A DNA stretch of 59,087 nt, the filler included, from Sphacelaria rigidula (Eukaryota), in the NCBI GenBank assembly GCA_964200075.2. It is 7 parts of 7 records of this genome, joined end to end, with 100 filler letters (N's around TTAATTAATTAA, not from the genome) between each part and the next. Parts side by side here need not be neighbours in the genome. Positions count along the whole stretch, not along the records: positions 33,823 to 42,177 come from CAXNAA020011411.1; positions 42,278 to 50,632 come from CAXNAA020011412.1; 5 more parts are not named here. One strand, 5' to 3'. The notes under the pieces are model-generated. The model saw only the letters and a list, made by a program, of their open reading frames with translations, was not told the DNA's origin and ran no database searches. Every line of letters starts with the position of its first letter. Position 1 is the stretch's first letter. Shown here piece by piece: positions 38,090 to 48,696 of the stretch. A program made the position numbers and the translations under genes.

Positions 38090-41000
38090 GTAAAGAGAGG
38101 ACGGGTACAGTGTTAGTAGTGCTGGTATTCGGAGTTTGTAGCGGTATGACAAGAATAGAGTTTATAATGAAATGCAATGGAGCTGGACTATACTGTTTGG
38201 CAAAAGGAAAAGTAGAAAGGGAGGGAGAACACTTTGAAGTCACGCTAAATCAGAGCGCGAGCAAGGAGTGGGAAAGGATAGACACAAGTAAGGTGTCGGC
38301 ATGGGTTAGAAGATTAGGATGGAGAGTATTCATAACTAATGAAACAACAAACCCTGGACGGAGTCCACGGGTGAACGGAGGGGGAGAGAGGTAGGAACAG
38401 GTGAGTGCCCGGAAGGGGAAGGGGAGGGGACATAGCCGCCCGAAGCAAATATAAAAAGACCAACGCAAAAACGGGAAGAACAACCAAGCGAGGGAAAGTA
38501 GAAGTGAAAGCGACGGAGAGAGAACAGTAGACAACAGGAGAGCAGGTAATGATTCGGAGAGGAACTCAAGAATAGGATCGTGGAATGTGTGTGGATTTGT
38601 CATAGACGAGCACAAAAAAAAAGGGATGGCGCAACAAGTATGTAAACACGACCTAAAGATAGTAGGAATCCAAGAGTCATGGGAAGAAGAGGGGGCAGAA
38701 ATAGGATGCAAAGTTGAAGAGTGCGCGTGGATAGGGAAAAGGCGGAAGGAACAGAACCACAAGCGCAGGGGAGCGGGGGGAGCAGGATTCTTAGTCAAGA
38801 AATACCTGTGTGACAGTATAGAAGTGATCAATGACACGAGATTCGACGAGAGCATATGGATAAGGGTACCAGGAGAGCGGGGAACGAAGGACTACTTCGT
38901 AGGGAACATCTATATGCCCCCAGAATCGAAGAGTAGGGTGAACGATATACAACGGAGGTTTGGAGAGCTGGCAGCAGATGTACATGAGCGTAAAAGGCAT
39001 GGAGAAGTAATGTTGGTGGGAGATTTTAATGCAAGGATAGGGAAAGCAGGTCAACCGGATGATATCGTTGGACAATACGGGGAAGATTAGAAGAACACGA
39101 ATGGGGTAGAAATGCTGAAGTTCCTTGAGCATAACGAGATGAAGACCCTGAACGATAGAGCACAAGAGCCAGAGGCACAATGGACATGGACTAGGAAATG
39201 CGAAGGAAGAATGACAGGACGCTTCGTTCTTGACTGTACAGTGGTAGAACATGGGAATAGTAGAGGAATGGAAGTACATGTATGCGCGGAGGACGTGGGA
39301 ACCACAGATCATTGCCTGGTATGGACAGAAACCCAACAGACGGAGCTAAAGGAAGTAGGCGGGGTAGGGAGTTGTACAAATGGAGAATCGATAAACTAGA
39401 TACGGAAGAAAAGCAGCAAAAGTTCCAAGAGATGACCGAGAATGCTGTGGAATTTTCCGAGCTGTTGGAACGCGTAGGTGCAGTTGATACCGAAATAAAA
39501 ATAAATCGGGCAGAAGCGAAGATTATAGAACGATGGGGGCAATTGTTCAGGAGCACAGCGAGTAAACTCATAGGGAGACGACTGATCCCATGCAACCGAG
39601 CAGTAAAATGCTTGGGTAAGGAAGTAAAATCGGCTATGAGAGGAAGAAGAGAGGCCCACGCGAGATGCATATCGAGTAAAAGTACGGTAGGATAGGAGGA
39701 GTATACTCAAGCTCGGATATAAGTAAAGAAGATGGCAGAGCAGAAAAAGAAGTAGTACAGGAAGATGTGGTGAAGAAAACAAATTAACATTTCGATGGCG
39801 GGTTGGAACAAATGTGGGTAGGGATAAAATAGAGAACGGGAGAACAGGCAGGGAAGATGGACAAGGGAATAGCTACACTCCGGTCACAAAACTGTAAAAT
39901 GGTCAGTAGTTCGAAGGGAAAGAGAGAAGTGTCAGTCGAGCACTACCGTAAGCTACGAACATCAGAACAAGCACGCAGTTCCATATGGAATTCGAAAAAC
40001 AAATGACGCGTGGGCAGAGGCAAATGTAGGGACGTCAAAACGGGAGGATAGAGGCTCGAAAGAATTGCAGAGATAGTTTTTCAGAGATGAAGTGAAGGAG
40101 CGCGTAGCTAAACTCAAGAACGGAAAGGCAGCAAAGGCAGACGAAATAGTGAATGAGTTTTCAAAGTACGGGAGAAAAGGGATCATCACCGTGATCGTTA
40201 TGCTCTATAACTGGATATGGGAAAAAGAGTACACACCCGACAGGTGGAGAGAAGGAGTATTCGTCAACCTTTTAAAAAAAGGAGACAGGGCTGACCCTGG
40301 AAACTTTAGAAGAATAACGCTGCTGAGCACGGTAGGGAAACTATTCCATGAGATTTTGAACGATAGAGTAGGAACGATGGTAAAGGAAGAGGAAAAACCA
40401 GCGAGGGGCAAGCAGGATTCAGACCAAACCGTAGTTGCGTACGAGCAGACCATGTGTACACACACTCGGTAAGACCATTCGTGGTATGAAAGACACCGGG
40501 CTGACATCCTACTGGTTCTTTTTGAACGTGCAAAAGGCTTCGAACACAGTACGGAGAGGTTGTGGAAAAAGTTGTGCGTAGCTGGGATCAGAGGAAAGAT
40601 GTAAAAAATGGTGAAGAAGATTACAGAATGTGCCAAAAGTGCTATGATGCTAGACTGGGAACTGTCGATTTTTCAAAAATATTGTATAAGGAGTTGCATA
40701 AGGATGTACGTTATCACCCACTCTATTTAAGTTATTTATTCATGACCTGATAATTGCCGCCGCGCCCCGGTGCTGTAATGGTTCCACTGCCGCCATTAGG
40801 GTGGAGAGAACGGGGGTTAAATTCCCGATGCGTTGTTTTTTTTTCTTCGTAATGTATGATTTTTACCGTGGAAAGCGTTGAGAACGTGAGTAAACAAAGT
40901 AGTCGACTAGGTTTGTGTGACCTGAGTTGACGCGGTGCGGGAGTGCTGACCCAACCCGCGAGACCAAAATGAAAGGCGCGTACCGGGGTAGAGATGAGTT

Positions 41001-42177
41001 AATCCTTGAGACCACGGACTCATCCCGAGGAAGGGAAAGGGTTCAAAGTATGAGGGAAAAAGAAATATCAATAGAAGCAGCAAAGCAAGGAGTCAAGGTG
41101 GGTAAAGATAGTGTATCAGGGCTGATTTTCGCGGATGATATGTGGGGATTTCAGGAACAACAGAAATATAACAAAAACAGATGGACAAGGAGCTAGAATT
41201 CACTAGAAAATGGGGAGTGACAGCGAACGTTAACAAATGCGCGGCACTCGTCTGTAACGAAGATGAAAGATCCGGTAGAGTTCAAATGGAAGTGGGGAGA
41301 AGAGGAATTGCCGATCGTAGACCAGTATACATACCTTGGTGTAGAGATCTAAAAAACCCGTTCTTGGGATGCACACAGGAGCAAAACAATAAAAAAGGGT
41401 AAGACACAGATAGGCGGGATGGACGTGATCCTCAGAGACTCGCACCTAGACACTAGGATCAAGAGATGTATCCTGATGAACGTGATTGTACCAAAGCTGG
41501 AATATGCAGGAGAGGTATGGGAGGGGAGCGTTAAGTTGGTGAAGAAGTTGGAAACAGTATAGATGACAGCAGCTGAGAAAATACTTGGATGCTCGAAAAC
41601 GACGACAAATACAGCATTGAGAGCAGAGGTTGGAATTAACTCACTTATAACTAACAGAGACACAAAAAAACTGCGATGGCAATATAGCTTGGAGGATATG
41701 CAAAAAAATATATTGCTCGCTACACTTGATGAGGCTGTATGGAAGAAAAGTACGAAAGGGCAGGCTGGAATAAGGTGAGATACACAAGTCGAGAGAGCAT
41801 GGGAGGAGATGGGAGGAAACCAGGATGAAATACTGCCCATGGATGAAGGCGGGGTACAATACAAAGTAAGAGACATTGGAAAATAAGGGAAAAAGGAGCG
41901 CCCAGACGCAAAGTAGACGAGGAAGAACACCTGAAGATATACGGGGGGGTTGAGAGAGGGGATGGGGATGAAACATGTTTGGATGGCCCAATGCACGTGG
42001 CGAAAATTTTGAAACTGCGATTTTGGGTTGGGGAGCTGGACCTGTCAGAAAGAAAAAAGAGATTCACCAGTCGCGGAGAGGAGGAGGAAGTAGATGCACA
42101 AAATTGCCCCTGTGGCAAAGCAATAGAGAGCAGAAGTCATATAGTGGCAGAATGTGAACTATACAAGGAGGAACGGG
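38090..42177 (+). mobile_element. Decayed APE-RT LINE, truncated at the 3' end by the linker
   Basis: APE IGSWNVCGF, VGIQESW, VGNIYMPP, VGDFNARIG, TTDHCLVW; RT KLKNGKAAKADEI, KKGDRADPGNFRRITLLSTVGKLF, QAGFRP, LIFADD, YTYLG; C-terminal CPCGKAIESRSHIVAEC. Many stops and frameshifts. Confidence 0.93.
40755..41066 (+). mobile_element. tRNA-headed short interspersed element (family D) inserted in the LINE RT
   Basis: Removing it restores HDLIISIEAAKQG in frame. A-box-like GGTGCTGTAATGG, B-box-like GGTTAAATTCC, T9, body, A-rich end; homologous to 43435-43644 (-). Confidence 0.75.
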
Positions 42178-42892
42178 NNNNNNNNNNNNNNNNNNNNNNN
42201 NNNNNNNNNNNNNNNNNNNNNTTAATTAATTAANNNNNNNNNNNNNNNNNNNNNNNNNNNNNNNNNNNNNNNNNNNNAACAATCGTGATTCGCTGGAGGC
42301 CGCGGCGGGTTCAGGGATCTGAGGCCCTGGGCTCGGGTCTGAAGCGGGCGGGCTGCTGCCGCTAGTGACACAGGTCCATCGATTTTGTGGTCTCCCTCAA
42401 GTGTGTGTGTGCCCTGTTCTGAACCTCTCTCCTCTCCTGCCTCTCATGCGGCGCAGTTTCGGGGGATTTCGATGTGGTTTAGGAGGCATAATATAGGACG
42501 TATGTAAGATGGGTATGTACTGGCTGTACTGGCAGCCTCTGACGCAGTACAGGAAAACTGCCAGTACAGGAATACTGTCAGTAGATACTGATCCAGTCCC
42601 CAACCCTACCAATTTGACGTATTTTTGGCTGAAACTTTACAAGGATGTGGTTGACGCGAACTCCCGTATGAGCCGGAGCGTTGTCATCAGTGTAGCATTT
42701 TCGCTGTTTTGCTGAGACTTTAACTCGCTCTCACTCCTGTTTTTTTTTCTTCTTTTCCTCTGCACCTCTCACAGGGTTCCGCGAATTGATGATAAAAATG
42801 TCGTGTCAAAATTTCAGCGCCCAACTCTTCGAATTGCCAAAAGCATCTCCACTCTTCGTTCAAAATTCACTGATGGCCGGCTCAGCTAGTAG

Positions 42893-43140
42893 TGTATTGG
42901 ACTGCGCTGGACCCAGGGTGGACTGTGCTGTGCTGTACTGTGCTGTATTGGATTGTACTGGACTAGATTGTACTGGACTAGATTGTACTGTACTGGCCTG
43001 TACTGTCCTGTACTTTACCGTATTGTACTGCACTGCACTGTACTGTACGCGTGTTGTACTGTACCGTGCTGTACTGAACTATGGCGTGCTGTACGGCACT
43101 CTACTGTATCGTACTGTTCGAGTGTTGTGTCGTGCTGTAT
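42893..43140 (+). repeat. Degenerate (CTGTA/CTGGA)n pentamer microsatellite
   Basis: TGTACTGGACTAGATTGTACTGGACTAGATTGTACTGTACTG... Confidence 0.85.
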
Positions 43141-43434
43141 CGGCCCCAGAATGTCTCGCAATAATGTTCCGAAAAGAGGCCTGGAAAGCCAGGAGTCGCA
43201 ACGTGTGGTGCACGAGGTACAACACACATGGTGGTGGTGTGGGACTCGTGCATGTCGATACCGCGGATCGAACCGGTAACCTCATGGTGTGCACGTATGA
43301 AAGAAGATTTTACATCGTCCCATCCAAGCAGAATCGCCGGCATTCTTTTCCTGCTGAATATTCTGGCACTTACTGTACTTAACATAGTATATTACCTGCG
43401 CACGTTTTTTTTCACTTTCTATCGGCACACGACC

Positions 43435-43644
43435 TTTTTCTTTTTGTTACACTCGAGACGCCTCCCCTCCCTCGGGATGAGTCCCTGGTCTCAAGGGATC
43501 AATCCATCTCTCCTGACGTCCCTACGCTTCCGACCGTGAAAATCATATTTCCGAGAGAAAAAAAGTGGGTCGGGTGGGAATCGAACCCACGTTTTTTTCA
43601 CCCTGACTGACGTTGACAGTTTGACCATGAGACCATCGAGGCAC
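43435..43644 (-). mobile_element. tRNA-headed short interspersed element (family D), copy 2
   Basis: Minus strand: TGGTCTCATGG (A box), GTGGGTTCGATTCCCAC (perfect T arm/B box), T7, then TATGATTTT...CCTTGAGACCAGGGACTCATCCCGAGG shared with 40755-41066. Confidence 0.75.
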
Positions 43645-44210
43645 TTTTTTCACGCGGAAACACTAAAATGACCACGCGCGATTGAATTTTTCGAATTTCA
43701 GAGTGAATTTTGACACCATGGAAACTGCACCCAGGCCCACCCTTTCTCTCGGTTGACTGATATTCTTGTTTTCTCGCTTACTTGAAGGTATTTCAAAATG
43801 GCCCAGAAAATGAAAATTTCGAATCGCGGGTAAAAACACAGAGGTCTACACGTTACACGTTCATGTTCATGTTACGTTCATCACGTAAAAAAAATTTAAC
43901 GTTCACGTTACGTTACGTATGTCACGTTAAATAAATTCTAACGTTACGTTAACGTTTTATTTGGAAATTTGACGTTACGTTCATCACGTAAAATACATTT
44001 GACATTACGTTTCGTTACATGTAACATAATATGAAACGTTTCAATGTCACGTGTAACGTTAAATATAATGTTACGTTGACTCGTGTAACGTTCGAATGTG
44101 ACGTTTCATTCTGTGCATGTCGCGGCTCATTTGCCAGTGTTTAAGGCGCTATGCAACGTGTCGTGTAACGCGTGATGTTACTGTGTACGTGACGCTGACG
44201 GTGACCCGTC

Positions 44211-46011
44211 GGCTACTTCTCACATAAAAAAAAATCTCCATGAAAAACCCGTGTTCTGATAAATGACCAAAAAGCCACTTATCAAATGATCAGGAAACGC
44301 GTTGTTTATAGAACTTTTTCTTATAACATTTTTCGATAGCCCAAAGTTATCGAAACCTTTATTGAAAACGCGTTGTTTGAAATCCCGCCGCACGCCAACA
44401 CACCCTCTAGCCCACGACAGCAGCCATGATGGCTTGGCTGCCGTCACCACTGTTGTCACTGGTGCTCGCGGGCAATCAGCGTGTTGCTTCATTTTCCTTC
44501 GCTCGCCAGTATAATGGTGGCTCTTTACCCCATGAGAACAGCACAGGGCAGGGTCGATGACGAGTGTTGTACAAACACTTTGGATGTAGTTTGCGCAGAC
44601 AGTATTGTAGCTCGCAGTTCAGGTCTGTGCATACAGCGTGTTGTGAACAACACTCGCAATGCAGTACAGACTGCCCACGCACCCAAGACTTGTAGAGACA
44701 GGACCGCACTGACTGTACACACGAGACCACAGTGTAAGCAGTGCTACTGTTGTAGTGTCTTCAGGGCTTGGGTGCTTGGGCAGTCTGTACTATATTCGAG
44801 TGCTGTTTGCAACACGCTGCATGCACAGACCTGAACTGAGCTACAATACTGTGCAAACAACATACAGAGTGTCTGTACAGCACTCGTCATCGACCCTGCT
44901 CTGTTCTGTTCCCATGAGGGTAAGGGCCATCCCGCTACTGGCGAGCGAAGCACAGTAAAGCAACACGCTGACTGCCCGCGAGCACCACCGACAGCAGTGG
45001 TGATGGCAGCCAAGCCATCACTACAGCCAATTCTTACAATACAGTACTGCTGTGTGTACCATTGTGTGTGCTGTCCTTTCAATCAAGTATTACCGTGCAG
45101 TGAAAGAGCACAACCGTTACTTCTACAGCCAGGTAGTACAGCAAGGCGGTGTTCGTATGGATCGTCTTGCGTCACGCAGCCCACCATGTATTGCTCAGGC
45201 AACGTATCACAGTAGTACAGACAGGCAGTACGGACCGTACACCACGACACGACAGCAGAGTGCTGCGTCTCTCTCGCGCGCCCCATAGTTTGAAATTATG
45301 CCTGCACATCTCACAAAAAACGATGAACACTGCGTTTCCAATTTCGACAGTGCGTCGATCACGTGAGAAGGGCTATAGTAGTGGGCGGTCTGACTAATCA
45401 TTTTGTGGCTTTTTGTGATTTTTTCGTAATTGGCGATTTTCTTGGGCACTTTTCGCTTGCCACCGCTTATCACATCGGGGATCTCAATATATTTGTATCC
45501 GCTCCACGTTCCTTGAAGAAACAATCATCTGTACTCAATATTGAGTTACTTATGGGCTGACCGGTCATCGGGGGTCTTGCCACGTTTCAGCCCAGATTTT
45601 TACTCTTCTGTATTCTTGGTCGATCGAGCCCGTCCTGATCATATTTGTCAAGAAATGTGCAGTTTCATTTTTCTTAATTCTGCCTACTCATTGCACTAGG
45701 GCCGAAAAACTGTGTTTCATGGTCAATAACACCCTCCTGATGAACGGGTTAATTACTCGTTTCGCCCGATAACACCGGCACACACTGACTTGGGCACTGT
45801 GTTTCGAGGATGATCTGTTGTGTTGTACCAAAATCTACCGACGCTAGTAATTTCGACTTCTATCGAACAGTAGTACGCGAGAAACCCCCAAAACACCCTT
45901 GTATAGTTAGACTGCCCAGTACTGACTGTACTTTGAAAGATTATGTGGAAGACCGCGCTGTTGAAAAACGGCTTTTTTGACAACGTGTTTGTTTTTACAT
46001 GAGAAGTAGCC
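44211..46011. mobile_element. Non-autonomous TIR element family A, copy 2
   Basis: TIRs GGCTACTTCTCACATAAAAA / TTTTTACATGAGAAGTAGCC; colinear with 2581-3821; TSD not preserved. Confidence 0.85.
45376..45928. mobile_element. Tc1/mariner-type MITE family B nested in family A
   Basis: GGGC TA [TAGTAGTGGGCGGTCT...CCCAGTACTGACTG] TA CTTTGAAA, versus the empty site GGGCTACTTTGAAA near 3738-3751. Confidence 0.9.
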
Positions 46012-46538
46012 TTGAATGTGGTCGAGATGATTATGATGTTATGATGCAGTGCTGCAACGATAACTTGGAATGTGAGGTGTGGTGGGGAGAGCGCGAAATT
46101 GCCCAATAGTACCACACGTTTACCATGGTAATTCAAACTCACTGGTGTTTATTGAAGCACAATCTTCTGGGATTTCAAAAAATCATTGCGAACTTGAAGT
46201 TCATCACTTCATGTGACGTGTAACGTAACATTTAACGTTACGCGTAACGTGTAACGCGTAATGTACTCGTAACGTGTAATACACGTTACACGTTACATGA
46301 AACGTTTCATATTACGTGATTTGAACGTTTGGGCAATTTAACGTTAACGTTACGTTACGTTACGTATGTCACTTTATAAAATTTAAACCTTACGTTAACG
46401 TTTCATTTGAAAAACCAACGTTACGTTAACGTTACGTTTATCACGAAAAAAAAAAATGAGGTTCACGTTACGTTTCGGCCAAAACGAAACGTGAACGTAA
46501 CGTGTAACGCTGTGGCACGTGTAACGTGTACACCCCTG

Positions 46539-46970
46539 AAAAAAATAAACAAGGAAAGTCAAATCATCACGCGTTCGGCCTCACTGTTGTTTCTGTGGTG
46601 CCAAAAAATTATCCCGAAATTAAAGAATCGGCTTCGCCCTGACGTTGACAGTTTGACCATTAGACCATTGAGGCATTTTTTTCACGCGGAAACAATGAAA
46701 CGACCACGCCCGATCGAATTTTTCGAATTTCGGGGTGAAATTTTGACACCATAGAAACTGCATTCAGGCCTGCCCTTTCTCTAGGTCGGCTGATATTCTT
46801 GTTTTCTCGCTTACTTACAGGTATTTCAAAATGGCTCAGAGAATGAAAAAAATCGAATCGCGGGTAAGAAACAAAACCAAGGAAAGTCAAATCAGTCACG
46901 CGGTCGGCCTCACTGTTGTTCCTGTGGTGTCAAAATTTCATCCCGAAATTTAAAAAAATGAGTCGGGTGT
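46539..46970 (+). repeat. Tandem ~330-370 bp unit continuing 43560-43838
   Basis: 46640-46872 duplicates 43608-43838 (TGACGTTGACAGTTTGACCAT...GAATCGCGGGTAA); 46873-46950 duplicates 46547-46622. Confidence 0.85.
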
Positions 46971-48656
46971 GGCCTGTGGACTGTTGCCACAGAGCCTTGG
47001 CCGGCCCAGCACGTGGTAATAATAAGTTTTCAGGTATCAGTAGAATGCCCTTCACTCAGGAAAAAAAGCAAAAAAACCTTCTGGTGCTTCTGTGATTTTT
47101 TTTTATCATGCCCTATGCATTATCCATTCCAATTTTTACGCTCCACCTCTGAATATTGGCCGGCGCATTCGCCTGCAAACTTCAAATCCGCCTCTAGGCT
47201 GGTCCAGCTCGTACGAGCATTAACAGTACTACACTCCTGTGGCTGCACCTATCCTGCACAGGGCGGAACTTCTTTCTCTACCGTTTGTTTGCCTTTCTGG
47301 GACAAGTCGCACTCCAATGCTGGGGACAACAGCACCGCCAGGCATGACCAGAGGGCATTGGTTGAAGGATGAGGGCACACATCAACCTATGCATCAGCAA
47401 GCGAGGGATGTGAACACATCAAAACAATTTCTGCCCTGCAATCGCGCACTGGATCGTGCGTGTATCTTCAACAAGGCAAACCCATATTTGCGATATAATA
47501 GTTTTTCATCAGTCCGCACAAAGTCTCTTATGATCTTGATCGTTTTTTGCTTAAGCAAGCGCTAACGCCAACAAGATCATAGCCACAGAGCAATCTATCG
47601 AAAATTCCAACGCTCATCCCTGAACCCCACCCACAATCCTAGCATCGTCTGCGTGTTCCATGGGGGCTGAACACAGTGTACCTATGAATAGATTCGACCA
47701 CCTGGAGCTCCCATGATGAGGGCTGCAATACCCCTCTGCTTATGTTGCTGTGGATGCTGCCGCCGTCCAATTCTGTGTCTACCAACAACTGCTGAGGAAG
47801 GAAGCACGCACGCCCCAACTCGCATGGCTGCCCTGCTTGGTATCATACCGTATGGTGTAGAATACAGCTGTCACGCACTCCTGTGCGTTGTGGTGTTGCG
47901 TGTAATGCACTCTTATGCTGCTTTGTTCCAGCATGGTGCAAGCTGTTTGTTTTGCTCCATGATATTTGCCTTTTCTTCTCCGACCCGCAATGGAACATCG
48001 ACGGTTCGCGCGCCAACACGAGTGTATTATATCGCAAAAAAATGCAGAACCCGATATTTGATTTTTCCTCGGTGGGGTGTCTCCCTACAGTAGTGAGCTA
48101 TTCCATTGTCCCCTACGATGGAAAAGTAAACCATCAACAGATAAGCGTGGATGGGGAATGACACGAGCAGCGAAATAAGGCCAGTGAACAGCCCTGGAAT
48201 CACCGCAGGAGGAGGAATAAGCTGCTGTCAAAATGTCAGCGTCAAACTCCTTCAGTCCACACGAAACACGACCATGGAAGTTTGGAGTATTGAAGCCTGA
48301 AGCCAATCGGCCTGTCTGATGACAAGTCACGCCATATGAAACGCTTGCGGGCAGCTGACTGCAGGAGGCGTGTAAAAAGTGATCGCAGCTTTATGCGCGT
48401 TTCATTTCAAGCAAATTAAGCTAATTATGAGCTGTGCGATAAAAAAACTCCCAACTCAAGCTAAACTTTATGCGCGCACACGGAACTAAAGCCCAGCCCT
48501 AGCGATACACTTTAATCCAGAGGATACTTCGGGCGGGCGGGCGAGGGGGGGGGGGGGGGGGGGGGGGGGGCAACCCCCTTCTTTTTTTCTTTTTGCGCGG
48601 TGAGAGATTCTTTCACTCACTGCGGCGGCAANNNNNNNNNNGGGGCGGGGGGGGGG

Positions 48657-48696
<40 letters not shown>

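Larger units (their letters stand above)
43839..46538. mobile_element. hAT-like non-autonomous element with ACGTTAC subterminal repeats (contains nested elements)
   Basis: Ends CAGAGGTCTACACGTTAC / GTAACGTGTACACCCCTG; dense CGTTAC/GTAACG arrays at 43850-44180 and 46213-46530; degenerate ~8-bp A-rich duplication relative to the uninterrupted site at 46861-46890. Confidence 0.75.

Noticed and set aside
42786..43382. 198-aa Cys-rich ORF
   Set aside because: Translation of a pentamer microsatellite.
43565..43644. Functional tRNA gene
   Set aside because: The T arm is perfect, but the acceptor stem has several mismatches and no anticodon arm forms; treated as a tRNA-derived repeat head.
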